Source: Bacteroidales bacterium (GTDB taxonomy: Bacteria; Bacteroidota; Bacteroidia; Bacteroidales; FEN-979). From it: DNA of 64,000 nt. This document shows positions 1 to 9,470 of this stretch, one piece after another (the first letter of the stretch is position 1; each line of letters opens with the position of its first letter). The notes beneath the pieces were generated by a model. That model made no database searches. It was not told the DNA's origin and saw only the letters and a list, made by a program, of their open reading frames with translations. A program made the position numbers and the translations under genes. The stretch lies in NCBI GenBank assembly GCA_963662525.1, contig OY759717.1, forward strand, positions 1,237,670 through 1,301,669, given 5' to 3'.

Positions 1-10
1 TGAAATCAGA

Positions 11-41
11 GGTCGTTCCTGTGGGACGACCTTTTTCTTTT
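11..41 (+). terminator. Rho-independent terminator-like hairpin for a gene ending just upstream of the window
   Basis: Stem ggtcgttcc/ggacgacc with one bulge and a 4-nt loop, followed by tttttctttt. Confidence 0.6.
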
Positions 42-52
42 GTACTTTTGAC

Positions 53-111
53 CGATAACAGATGTGCGATAACGGATAAAACCGTAAATCGCAAATCAAA
101 AAATCGTAAAT
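53..111 (+). repeat. Imperfect 7-8-nt periodic array (CGATAAC AGATGTG CGATAAC GGATAAA .. CGTAAAT CGCAAAT CAAAAAAT CGTAAAT)
   Basis: Read directly from the sequence. It ends 4 nt before the ATG at 116. The CGTAAAT unit recurs at 41516-41529. Confidence 0.7.
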
Positions 112-115
112 ATTT

Positions 116-721
116 ATGAATCTTGATTATTTTTCCCAGTATTTCGACAATGAAACCTTCATGTTCATTGTCCTCCCCCTGCTTATTTTTTTATTTCGTA
201 TTGTTGACCAGTCCATCGGAACAATCCGGTTGATATTTGCAGCCAAGGGGCTGAAAAAACTGGCTCCTTTATTTGCATTTTTCGAATCTTTCATTTGGCT
301 GATCGCTATCGGGCAGATCATGAAGCACCTTGACAATATCTATTGTTACCTGGCCTTTGCAGGAGGTTATGCAGCGGGTAATTATTTCGGTATTCTGCTG
401 GAGGAGAAATTATCGATAGGTACTGTAGTTATCCGGGTAATCCCAAAGATGGACACGACTGAACTGATCCGTCATCTCCGTGCCGAGAATTACGGTGTCA
501 CAGTAGTTCCCGTGGATGGCATGCTGGGCCCGACGAAAATGCTGTTCACCACCATACGCAGGAAAGAAGCGCCACGGGTGATCGACATCATCAAGCACCA
601 TAATCCCACCGCCTTCTATACCATCGATGAAGTGAAGGTTGTGAGCGGAGGATATTTTGATCGTAAAAATAAATCCATCTTCTCCATCCTGAACCCTTTT
701 CAGAAAACTGTCAAATCCTAA
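116..721 (+). CDS. UPF0316/DUF2179 family membrane protein
   Basis: N-terminal TM helices followed by a C-terminal alpha/beta domain (..GVTVVPVDG..AFYTIDEVKVVSGGYF), as is typical of the UPF0316 family. Confidence 0.75.
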   Translation: MNLDYFSQYFDNETFMFIVLPLLIFLFRIVDQSIGTIRLIFAAKGLKKLAPLFAFFESFIWLIAIGQIMKHLDNIYCYLAFAGGYAAGNYFGILLEEKLSIGTVVIRVIPKMDTTELIRHLRAENYGVTVVPVDGMLGPTKMLFTTIRRKEAPRVIDIIKHHNPTAFYTIDEVKVVSGGYFDRKNKSIFSILNPFQKTVKS

Positions 722-733
722 AGTTCATTATCG

Positions 734-847
734 ATGATCCTCGTATTTTTCATATTATTGATCCTGGCCGGAATTTTTTCATGGTATTTTCTGATCATCC
801 GTCCCTGGATGGAATACAGAAGGAAAAAGAATGAAAAAAAACATTGA
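734..847 (+). CDS. Candidate small membrane protein (37 aa, below the ORF-track cutoff)
   Basis: The ATG-to-TGA ORF encodes MILVFFILLILAGIFSWYFLIIRPWMEYRRKKNEKKH: one hydrophobic helix followed by a basic tail, in an otherwise empty intergenic gap. Confidence 0.3.
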   Translation: MILVFFILLILAGIFSWYFLIIRPWMEYRRKKNEKKH

Positions 848-889
848 TTATAGAAGAGTTTTTTGTAAATTAGTGGAAAATACAAGGCG

Positions 890-1111
890 ATGGAAACGTT
901 TGAAAAAATTCTTATACTCAACAACGAGTTCGAGGCTAATCTTTTAGAAGAGGTTCTTACCGACCGGAAAATTCCTCATGGAATCGTACGTGCTGAAGAT
1001 ACTGCACTGGGTGGTATCATGGAAATGGAAAATGGCTGGGGATATATTGAAGCTCCGGCAAGATGCAAAGAGGAGATCGAGAAGTTCTATGCAGAGATCA
1101 TTAAACCATGA
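890..1111 (+). CDS. Hypothetical small protein (73 aa)
   Basis: ATG-started ORF ending 10 nt before the next same-strand gene. No motif recognised. Confidence 0.5.
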   Translation: METFEKILILNNEFEANLLEEVLTDRKIPHGIVRAEDTALGGIMEMENGWGYIEAPARCKEEIEKFYAEIIKP

Positions 1112-1120
1112 ACTGCGTGA

Positions 1121-1762
1121 ATGGAGCAACTTAAAGATTTTTTTGACATTATTATCAATTCTGAAAAGCTGATCCATTACGGTGGACTTGCCCTTCTTCT
1201 ATTCATCATCTTTGCAGAAACCGGATTAATTTTCGGGTTTATTTTCCCGGGAGATGCATTGCTTTTTACGGCAGGGATTTATTGTGGTTCAACAGATCTT
1301 TCAGTCAACATCTATGTCCTGGTGATCGCCGTTATTTTGGCGGCAATAGCCGGAAATATCCTGGGTTTCGCGACTGGAAAATTTTTCGGAAAGAAACTTT
1401 TCCTGAAGAAAGACAATCTGTTTTTTAAACAACGGCATCTGGAGCAAGCACGGGATTATTATAACAAACATGGAGGTCTTGCCTTGATCGGCGGGCGTTT
1501 TATACCTGTTATCCGCACCTTTGTCCCGATCCTGGCCGGGGCGATCGAGATGAATTTCTGGAGATTCAGCTTTCTAAATGTTTCCGGAGCTATCCTCTGG
1601 GCCGGATCATTGATCCCGTTAGGATACTTTGTTGGAAAGAAAATTCCGACATCCGTCGATAATATTGAATATATTATCCTTGGAATAACTGCCATCACCA
1701 TGACAATTCTCATCCGTGGTTTTATCAAGATTCGTAAGCAAGACAAGGCTTCTAAGAAGTAA
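1121..1762 (+). CDS. DedA/VTT-domain family membrane protein
   Basis: Contains ..FPGDALLFTAG.. and ..GRFIPVIRTFVPILAG.., which are characteristic of DedA. Confidence 0.85.
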   Translation: MEQLKDFFDIIINSEKLIHYGGLALLLFIIFAETGLIFGFIFPGDALLFTAGIYCGSTDLSVNIYVLVIAVILAAIAGNILGFATGKFFGKKLFLKKDNLFFKQRHLEQARDYYNKHGGLALIGGRFIPVIRTFVPILAGAIEMNFWRFSFLNVSGAILWAGSLIPLGYFVGKKIPTSVDNIEYIILGITAITMTILIRGFIKIRKQDKASKK

Positions 1763-1798
1763 CTATCATTATTTTACTGTTAACCGGAAAATTTTACT

Positions 1799-1806
1799 TA
1801 CCTTTG
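1799..1806 (+). promoter_or_regulatory. Bacteroidota-type -7 promoter box TACCTTTG
   Basis: Matches the TAnnTTTG consensus, 100 nt upstream of the helicase ATG. Confidence 0.45.
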
Positions 1807-1817
1807 CATCCGGTTTC

Positions 1818-1857
1818 CCTCCCTGCATAGATTAAATCCTCCCTGCATAGATTAAAG
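1818..1857 (+). repeat. 2 x 20-nt perfect-but-one tandem direct repeat (cctccctgcatagattaaaT/G)
   Basis: Read directly from the sequence. It lies between the -7 box and the DEAD-box helicase start. Confidence 0.9.
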
Positions 1858-1905
1858 TTACCCGGTTTTAACACCGTTTTATTTATTTAATATTGAATTA
1901 CCATT

Positions 1906-3039
1906 ATGTCATTTGAACCATTAATGCTTATCGAGCCACTCCTTCTGGCTCTTCAATCCGAAGGATATTCAGAACCCACACCCATTCAGGAAAAGGCCAT
2001 CCCCGTTGTACTTCAACGCAGAGATCTGCTTGGATGCGCCCAGACAGGAACCGGAAAAACAGCGGCATTTGCCCTTCCGGTTCTGCAACTCCTTTATAAT
2101 GAAAAAAGAAATGAACCCGGAAAAAGAGTTATCCGGGCACTGATTGTCACCCCTACCCGTGAACTGGCCATACAGATCGGTGAAAGCTTTGCGGCTTACG
2201 GTAAACATACCGCATTACGTTGCCAGGTCATCTTCGGAGGTGTGCCTCAGAATGCACAAACCAATGGATTAAAATCAGGTACCGATATTCTGGTTGCCAC
2301 ACCCGGTCGTTTACTCGACCTGATGAATCAGGGATTCATCAGTCTGCGTGATCTTTCCTTTTTCGTCCTTGATGAAGCTGACCGTATGCTCGATATGGGT
2401 TTCATCCATGATGTCAGGAAAATCATCACCAAACTCCCGGCTAAACGACAGTCCCTGTTCTTCTCTGCAACCATGCCGCCGGAAATACAGAAACTGGCAG
2501 CTTCTATCCTTGATAATCCAGTAAAAGTTGAAGTTGCACCGGTAAGATCAACCTCGAACCTGATCAAACAGGCGGTATATTTCGTAAATAAACCGGATAA
2601 ACGTTCACTGCTGATACATTTACTTCAAGGTGAAACAATTTCATCGGCATTGGTCTTTACCCGAACAAAACACGGGGCTGACAAGGTTTGCCGGGACCTG
2701 AAAAAGGCCGGTGTACAGGCAGCAGCCATTCACGGGAACAAATCTCAGAACGCCCGCCAGGATGCATTAAGAAATTTTAAAAATAAAACCCTGCGCGTAC
2801 TTGTGGCCACCGACCTTGCTTCACGCGGGATCGATGTGGAAGAATTGTCGCATGTGATCAATTACGAAATTCCGAATATTCCAGAAACTTATGTTCACCG
2901 TATCGGCAGGACAGGAAGGGCAGGTGTAAACGGGATTGCACTTTCCTTCTGTGACAATGACGAGAAAGCCTACCTCAAGGATATTTACAAGCTCACTTCT
3001 CAGAAGATCCCTGTCATCGAGAATCACCCATTCAGTTAA
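1906..3039 (+). CDS. DEAD-box ATP-dependent RNA helicase (RhlE-like)
   Basis: Motifs [21 protein letters not shown] and HRIGRTGR are present. Confidence 0.95.
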   Translation: MSFEPLMLIEPLLLALQSEGYSEPTPIQEKAIPVVLQRRDLLGCAQTGTGKTAAFALPVLQLLYNEKRNEPGKRVIRALIVTPTRELAIQIGESFAAYGKHTALRCQVIFGGVPQNAQTNGLKSGTDILVATPGRLLDLMNQGFISLRDLSFFVLDEADRMLDMGFIHDVRKIITKLPAKRQSLFFSATMPPEIQKLAASILDNPVKVEVAPVRSTSNLIKQAVYFVNKPDKRSLLIHLLQGETISSALVFTRTKHGADKVCRDLKKAGVQAAAIHGNKSQNARQDALRNFKNKTLRVLVATDLASRGIDVEELSHVINYEIPNIPETYVHRIGRTGRAGVNGIALSFCDNDEKAYLKDIYKLTSQKIPVIENHPFS

Positions 3040-3082
3040 CCTGATATTACTTGCATCCGTATGATTCAGTCCCCGGGTTATC

Positions 3083-4519
3083 CTACTTCGTATACTGATC
3101 CATTACCGCTTCCAGACTTTTCCGGCATACCTTACAGAAGTTCATGTGACGGGTGTACATGATGCAATCAAGCTGTGAACGGTACTGCCCTTTTGCTGAA
3201 TAGTTGGCACCTTCAAAGGCGCCGACTTTGTCTTTATATTTTTCCGAGTCAAAGAATACATCTTCCTGTTTCTTCTGTCGCATAAAAAGATCCTCCATGA
3301 TGTTTTCTTTGACTTTTGCTGCCCTCAGGCTGTCGCGTTCTTTCTGGATCTGGTAACCAAATTTATCGAAAGCTTCTTTATTCCATGGGGTGGGAAGCGG
3401 TGTCCCGGGTTCAACCAGATCTTTCCACTTCAGGTTTTGCTTGTCAAACAGGGCCGTAACATTGGGCTCCCAGGGCTCCACTTGAATCTCCGGAATTTCA
3501 TAGGAAACCGCTGAAGTATAATATTCATCAGCCAGAGCACCCATATGATGTCCGAATTCATGAACCATGATGTAATCAGCAAATTTATTATCTGCGGATA
3601 CCGTTGTATAGAGGTTATAAATCCCTCCTCCCCCATAGGTTTGTTCATTGATGAGGATTACCATGAAATCGTAAGGAACTTCTGAAGCTATATCGCGAAC
3701 CGTGCGGTTGTCGTAGGTTAGCGCATAACGTTCTGAATCAAAACTCCCATAATGAACAGACAGGGGTGTACGATTGAAAACTCCGGGATGGGGCTTGCAA
3801 ACACCGCTGAGCTCAGCCGGTGTCTCAACCGCACGGATGTTGAAATCTGTTGCCCTGGATTTGAAAGGTTCCTTGCTCAGGAGTACCTCTGAAAGTCGTT
3901 TAGCATCATTTCGGAATTTCTCCATTTCTGTTTTTGAATATCCGTCACCCAGAATTACAATGTCCACTTTCCGGTTGACCGGACCATTTTCACAGAGGAT
4001 ATCTACTTTATGTGTTTTTCCCAGTGTTGTAGGGTTGACAAGCCTTGAAGAAGGATCGATGACCCTGGTCCATATCGCCTGGAATTTATTCTCGGCATCC
4101 CGCTTTTTGATGATAATATTCACTGGTTTCTGTGGCCAGGGAAAACGGATCGATTCATGAAATGTTCCCCATTGGGTATCGGCATCGGGAATGCTCTGCC
4201 ATTCCCCGAAAATACTTGCGAAACCCCGGGAAAAAATCATGGTTCCCGTTTCTTTATCCCAGACTTCGAAAAAATAAGGCCCCAGGTTCAGTTCATCCAT
4301 CAGTATAATCTGAGATCCTGCCCATATGCCGTCGTTGACGATCTGATCGATAGCAAAATGCTCTTCCCTTGCATTGCCGCTATGGTAGTAGTCCAAGCGC
4401 ATCGTCTTTCCCTGTAAGTTATTCGGCATAGGACGAGCATCTTTCACCGGGTCAAATGACATCAGTGGGAGTAGTAGACCGATTATTGCAACATATCTGA
4501 AAATAATTTTCATATGCAT
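3083..4519 (-). CDS. M64-family (IgA-peptidase-like) zinc metallopeptidase, secreted
   Basis: Contains HEFGHHMGALADEY and an N-terminal signal peptide. The ATG at 4519 (or 4513) is preferred over the TTG at 4531 used by the ORF track. Confidence 0.8.
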   Translation of the reverse strand: MHMKIIFRYVAIIGLLLPLMSFDPVKDARPMPNNLQGKTMRLDYYHSGNAREEHFAIDQIVNDGIWAGSQIILMDELNLGPYFFEVWDKETGTMIFSRGFASIFGEWQSIPDADTQWGTFHESIRFPWPQKPVNIIIKKRDAENKFQAIWTRVIDPSSRLVNPTTLGKTHKVDILCENGPVNRKVDIVILGDGYSKTEMEKFRNDAKRLSEVLLSKEPFKSRATDFNIRAVETPAELSGVCKPHPGVFNRTPLSVHYGSFDSERYALTYDNRTVRDIASEVPYDFMVILINEQTYGGGGIYNLYTTVSADNKFADYIMVHEFGHHMGALADEYYTSAVSYEIPEIQVEPWEPNVTALFDKQNLKWKDLVEPGTPLPTPWNKEAFDKFGYQIQKERDSLRAAKVKENIMEDLFMRQKKQEDVFFDSEKYKDKVGAFEGANYSAKGQYRSQLDCIMYTRHMNFCKVCRKSLEAVMDQYTK

Positions 4520-4533
4520 GATTTTTTTCAAAA

Positions 4534-7500
4534 TTAAGAAAACCTGATCACATATCCGCCATGGTCGCCTCCTTCAGGTCCAAGTTCAATGATATAATCG
4601 GCATGGGAAATGATATCCGGATCATGCTCAATGATCACCAGGGTATTTCCCTGGTCGACAAGCTGATGGAAAAGCTGCAGGATGTATTGAATATCCAGAA
4701 AATGAAGTCCGGCAGAGGGTTCCTCAATCAGGTATAAATTATTCCCCTTTCCTGGTTTCATCAGTTCAGCAGCCAGGGTGATCCGCTGAATCTCCCCTCC
4801 CGAGAGGGTATCCATGGCTTGCCCAAACTGCAGATAAGCCAGACCGACTTTTTCAAGTACGGAAAAAGATCTTGAAAGGGACTGCTGATCATTGAAAAAC
4901 AGTTTTGCTTCAGCAACGGTCATATTCAGTACATCCTGAATGGAATGGTCCCTGTATTTCGATAAAAGGATGATATCCCTATAGCGGGAGCCTTGACATT
5001 CCTCACATATTGTACTAACATCTGCCACAAAATCCATGGAAACTTTGACCTGCCCCATTCCCAGGCAGGCCGGACAATGGCCTTCCTTATTCAGGTATGA
5101 AAAATGATTTTTGCTCAATCCTGATTTTTTCGCATCCGGGGCAGCGGCAAATAAGGAACGGATTCCGTCGAAAATCCCGGTAAAGGTCGCGGGGGTGGAT
5201 TGTGCTGATGAAAATCCGCTGCCAGGATATATACCACTTACTTTCCCGAATTGTTCAAATCCTGTGATAGAACTGCAGCCGGTCGGGCTTCCGTTGTCAA
5301 TGGAAGCAAGTAAAACATCAAAAACCAGGCTTGATTTTCCGCTTCCTGAAACTCCTGTGATCACGATCAAACCTCCGGCAGGAATATGAAGGTCAAACCC
5401 TTTAAGGTTATTGGCAAATGCACCCTGAATAAAAATCCCAGGTTTTAATACCCGCTTTGACGATGGTACAGGCAGGGGGTGAGTTAAAAACGGAGCGGTA
5501 ACAGAATCCGGATTTTTCATTATTTCTTCCGGAGTCCCTTCCGCACATATTTTACCTCCCAGTTTTCCGGCGCCCGGACCCATGTCAATGATATGATCGG
5601 CAGAAAGGATAACTTCCCTGTTATGTTCTACGATCACAACAGTATTTCCGGATTCCTTCAGCTGAATGACCTGTTTCATCAGCTTGCCGATATCATTTGA
5701 ATGTAATCCTCTGGTAGGTTCATCCAGAATGTAGGTCAGGCCAGAAAGTGCTGATCCCAGTTGCCCTGCAAGTTTGATGCGCTGTGATTCTCCTCCGGAA
5801 AGTGTGGAGGTCAGGCGATCTATGGTCAGATAAGCCAATCCAAGTCCGGATAAAATATTAAGTCTTCGGATAATTTCATGAATTAACGGAGCAGCGATAT
5901 CATGGAAGGAAAAGCCAGATAGCCGGAGATCAAGCGCATGAAAAAATGCCAGGGAACCACTGACGGATAAGGCAGAAAGATCCGCAATATGAATTCCTCC
6001 GATAAGAAAAGCCAGGGCTTCCGGCCGTAAACGGGAACCACTGCAATCATGACATTTGGTCTTTTTCATCAGATGGATCAGGCTTTCCCCTCTGTGGTCG
6101 TCATGTTTCCGGGAATATTCTTCGTTAACCAGGTTTATTAATCCCTGCCACTTTCCCTGAAAATGATGCTGTCCGCTTCGTACTCCCCTTTTAAATTCCC
6201 AGTTAACCGGAAAAATTTCATCCTTTGTACCGGAAAGGAAAACATCCTTTTCGCTCTCGGCCAGTTCCAGCCAGGGCTTTGAAAAATCAATCCCGTAAAC
6301 CATTCCGACTGATTTCAGAATGGCAATATATTGTCCAAAGGGATCACCATAGAATTTTCCGGTCCTGGTGCCATCCAAGGCTCCTGAAAGCACGGATTTT
6401 TCCGGGTTGGTAATCAGTTTATCAGGATCGCAGGACATTCTGAAACCCAATCCATCACATGCCTGACAGGCTCCATCCTGATGGTTGAAGGAAAAAAGGC
6501 TGGATAGGGGGATTTGGACATTGGAAACAAGACCTTGGGGGGAAGACAATGACAGACCGAGGCGGGAATATAACAGACGGTACACATCATAGATCCCGGT
6601 GATAGTTCCAACAGTAGAACGGGGATTGTCAGTAAACTTCCGTTGATCCACGGCAAAAGTCGGTGTCAGTCCTGAGGCTTCTTCAAAATCAGGTTTTTCT
6701 TTAAGTCCGATGCGGGTTCTGGCGTAGGTGGAAAAACTTTCCAGAAAACGGTTCTGGCTTTCGGCATGCAGGGAATCAAAAGCCAGGGAAGATTTTCCGC
6801 TTCCCGAAACACCGGTTATCACGGTTATTTGCTGATGAGGTATGTTAACGTCAAGATTTTTAAGGTTATGGGTGGTGAGGCCGGAGAAGGAGATACGGGA
6901 TGTGGGATACGGGATGCGGGATACGGGAAACGGGATGCGGGATGCAGGATGATAGAAATGAATATGATTCCGATAGGCTTCAGCAGTGAATGATTGTCTA
7001 CAATTCAGCAGTTGTTCCGGTGTACCGCTGAATAGTAGCCTTCCGCCCTCCCGCCCGCTGCCGGGACCCAGGTCAATAACATGGTCGGCATTGACGATCA
7101 TATCCAAATGATGTTCGATCATGATCAGGGTATGTCCATGATCTGCCAGACTATTCAAAGCATTGATCAACACTCCAACATCTGCCTGATGTAGGCCGGT
7201 TGTAGGTTCGTCCAGGATATAAAGGGTATGTGCCCTGGAAGGCCTGGCTAATTCGGTAGCCATTTTCACCCGCTGAGCTTCTCCCCCGCTGAGTGTGGAT
7301 GAACGCTGCCCCAGGGTAAGATACCCTAGCCCGAGTTTTTCAAGTATATCGAGAAAATGCCGGATCTTGTCATGATCTCCGAAAAATTTCAGCGCGGAGG
7401 ATACCGGCATTTCCAGTACTTCAGAAATATTTTTCCCCTGATAAGTAACATCCAGGGTTTCCGGGTCAAAGCGACCGCCATGACAGGTCTCACATACAAT

Positions 7501-9414
7501 CTCAACATTACCCATAAAATGCATGCCGATTTGCTGGTAACCTGCTCCCTGGCAGGACTCACAGCGGCCACCGGGAGTGTTAAAAGAGAAACGGCTCTTT
7601 CCAAATCCCTTTTCTTTTGCCCGTGGCTGCATGGCAAACAGATCCCGGATCAGGTCAAACAAACCGGTATAGGTAGCCGGATTGCTTCTGGGTGTTTTCC
7701 CGATGGGTGACTGATCGATTTCAATCATTTTGCTGATGGATTCCCATCCCCGGATTTCTTTATACCGGTCATTTTCAGGAGGCGACCCGGTGAGTTTATG
7801 GCGTAGAAAACCAGCCAGGGTCTGATGGACCAGCGATGACTTTCCGGCTCCGGAAACGCCGGTTACCACATTGATAGCTCCTAAGAGGAATGAGGCATCG
7901 ATATTTTCAAGATTATTGATACAGGCTCCTTCAACGTTCAGGAAGCCCTTTCCCTCACGCCGAGAGGATGGAACAGGTATTTTTTCAATTCCTTTTAAAA
8001 AAGAAAGCGTTCTGCTCTTTCTCAGCACATCTTCAGGTAAGCCATCAATTTCACCGGCATCCAGATTAAAAATCACTGCTCCCCCGCTCAATCCCGGCCC
8101 GGGACCAATATCTATGAGCCAGTCGGCATTCCGGATAATTTCTTCATCATGTTCCACAACGATCACTGTATTCCCCTGATCGCGCAATGACCGGAGGATC
8201 TCGATCAGCTTCCGGGTTTCATGAGGATGAAGTCCGACAGAAGGTTCATCCAGGATATACATCACCCCTGTGAGTCCGGTAACAGATTGGACCGCCAGTT
8301 TGAGCCGCTGAGATTCACCGCCCGACAGGCTTGATGAATCCCGGTCGAGGGTGAGATATCCCAAGCCCAGTTCAATCATCAGGTTCAGGCGTACAGCAAT
8401 TTTTTCGATCACATTGCCGGCTATTTGCAGATCCTTTATCGTCAGTTTAACGTCTTTCAACACCTTTAGTAGCTCATCCGGCTGAAGAGCTGTCAGTTCT
8501 GCTATATTATATCCTCCGAGAAGAATGGAAAGAGCCTGCTCGTTCAATCTTCTTCCATTGCACTTTGAGCATTTCCCGCTGCGTACAAAACGCAGGATAT
8601 TTTTATTCCGGTCGCGCTGAAGGATGGCCTCCATAATGGGGAGGATACCTTTATAATAGCCCATCTCCCGGGGTTTTGCAGTAATCCCGCTCCAGCGCAT
8701 CCTGGACTCCAAAGGGTGCTTTCCGAATGGAATTTCAATTTTATCACTGCCATAGAGTACGATATGCTTCTGGGCTTCCGTCAAGTCTTTCCAGGGAATG
8801 TCAATATTAAAACCCTCGGCCTGGCATACCTGGTTCAGGACATCGAGTGTCACCTGGGAATAAATGATATACCCGTTGGGAGCAGTGATCACCAGCGCTC
8901 CCTGACGAAGGGTAAGGGCCGAATCGGCAATGAGTAATTCAGGATCAAGGCGATCTTCGACACCCAGACCTTTGCAAAAAGGACAAGCTCCATCCACTGA
9001 GTTGAAGGAAAATAAACTTCTCCCGATCTTAAACTGAGCTGATTCCCCGGAGGGCTGACCAAACCTGGCATACAATAAACGCAGGTAATCGTATAAGCCG
9101 GTCAGAGTTCCTACTGTTGATCGCTGATTCCCACCTGACGGCCGTTGTTGAACGGAGATTGCCGGCGACAAACCTTCGATTTTTTCCACCCTGGGTTTAT
9201 GCATTTTCCCGATGAATTGACGCGCATGGAATGAAAAAGAACTCAGGTAACGGCTTTCTGCCTCCCGGTAAAGTACATCAAATACCAGGGATGACTTTCC
9301 TGATCCGGATACACCGGTGACAACAATGAGTTTATTTTTTGGGATTTCAAGACATATGGCACGCAGGTTGTGTTCGGTGGCGTTGGTGATGATTATGGGA
9401 GAAGCAAGAGACAT
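4534..9414 (-). CDS. Tandem-fused double UvrA-like ABC ATPase (two complete UvrA units, each lacking the UvrB-binding insert)
   Basis: There are four Walker A sites (GVSGSGKSSL x3, GVSGAGKSSL) and four signatures (LSGGESQR, LSGGEAQR, LSGGESQR, LSGGEIQR). UvrA-type CxxC zinc modules are present (CPFCKGLG, CSKCNGRR, CESCQGAG..CETCHGGR; CQACDGLG, CHDCSGSR, CPACLGMG..CEECQGSR). In both units LLYARFG/LLYSRLG runs into FSFN..DGAC within about 25 aa. The start was trimmed to the ATG at 9414. Confidence 0.85.
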   Translation of the reverse strand: MSLASPIIITNATEHNLRAICLEIPKNKLIVVTGVSGSGKSSLVFDVLYREAESRYLSSFSFHARQFIGKMHKPRVEKIEGLSPAISVQQRPSGGNQRSTVGTLTGLYDYLRLLYARFGQPSGESAQFKIGRSLFSFNSVDGACPFCKGLGVEDRLDPELLIADSALTLRQGALVITAPNGYIIYSQVTLDVLNQVCQAEGFNIDIPWKDLTEAQKHIVLYGSDKIEIPFGKHPLESRMRWSGITAKPREMGYYKGILPIMEAILQRDRNKNILRFVRSGKCSKCNGRRLNEQALSILLGGYNIAELTALQPDELLKVLKDVKLTIKDLQIAGNVIEKIAVRLNLMIELGLGYLTLDRDSSSLSGGESQRLKLAVQSVTGLTGVMYILDEPSVGLHPHETRKLIEILRSLRDQGNTVIVVEHDEEIIRNADWLIDIGPGPGLSGGAVIFNLDAGEIDGLPEDVLRKSRTLSFLKGIEKIPVPSSRREGKGFLNVEGACINNLENIDASFLLGAINVVTGVSGAGKSSLVHQTLAGFLRHKLTGSPPENDRYKEIRGWESISKMIEIDQSPIGKTPRSNPATYTGLFDLIRDLFAMQPRAKEKGFGKSRFSFNTPGGRCESCQGAGYQQIGMHFMGNVEIVCETCHGGRFDPETLDVTYQGKNISEVLEMPVSSALKFFGDHDKIRHFLDILEKLGLGYLTLGQRSSTLSGGEAQRVKMATELARPSRAHTLYILDEPTTGLHQADVGVLINALNSLADHGHTLIMIEHHLDMIVNADHVIDLGPGSGREGGRLLFSGTPEQLLNCRQSFTAEAYRNHIHFYHPASRIPFPVSRIPYPTSRISFSGLTTHNLKNLDVNIPHQQITVITGVSGSGKSSLAFDSLHAESQNRFLESFSTYARTRIGLKEKPDFEEASGLTPTFAVDQRKFTDNPRSTVGTITGIYDVYRLLYSRLGLSLSSPQGLVSNVQIPLSSLFSFNHQDGACQACDGLGFRMSCDPDKLITNPEKSVLSGALDGTRTGKFYGDPFGQYIAILKSVGMVYGIDFSKPWLELAESEKDVFLSGTKDEIFPVNWEFKRGVRSGQHHFQGKWQGLINLVNEEYSRKHDDHRGESLIHLMKKTKCHDCSGSRLRPEALAFLIGGIHIADLSALSVSGSLAFFHALDLRLSGFSFHDIAAPLIHEIIRRLNILSGLGLAYLTIDRLTSTLSGGESQRIKLAGQLGSALSGLTYILDEPTRGLHSNDIGKLMKQVIQLKESGNTVVIVEHNREVILSADHIIDMGPGAGKLGGKICAEGTPEEIMKNPDSVTAPFLTHPLPVPSSKRVLKPGIFIQGAFANNLKGFDLHIPAGGLIVITGVSGSGKSSLVFDVLLASIDNGSPTGCSSITGFEQFGKVSGIYPGSGFSSAQSTPATFTGIFDGIRSLFAAAPDAKKSGLSKNHFSYLNKEGHCPACLGMGQVKVSMDFVADVSTICEECQGSRYRDIILLSKYRDHSIQDVLNMTVAEAKLFFNDQQSLSRSFSVLEKVGLAYLQFGQAMDTLSGGEIQRITLAAELMKPGKGNNLYLIEEPSAGLHFLDIQYILQLFHQLVDQGNTLVIIEHDPDIISHADYIIELGPEGGDHGGYVIRFS
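6895..6950. repeat. 8-unit heptamer array (ACGGGAT GTGGGAT ACGGGAT GCGGGAT ACGGGAA ACGGGAT GCGGGAT GCAGGAT) inside the double-UvrA CDS
   Basis: Read directly from the sequence. On the coding strand it encodes SRIPFPV SRIPYPT SRISFSG, the linker between the two UvrA units. Confidence 0.9.
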
Positions 9415-9430
9415 AGGAAAATTTGCAGTA

Positions 9431-9470
9431 AAAATAGCGAAATAGTGAAATAGCGAAACAGAGAAATGAA
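9431..9470. repeat. 5-unit octamer array (AAAATAGC GAAATAGT GAAATAGC GAAACAGA GAAATGAA)
   Basis: Read directly from the sequence. It lies immediately upstream of the double-UvrA start on the minus strand. Confidence 0.85.

Noticed and set aside
6895-6950. The short periodic arrays as a CRISPR array.
   Set aside because: The units are 7-8 nt with no spacers, there are no cas genes, and the arrays are 20-60 nt long.
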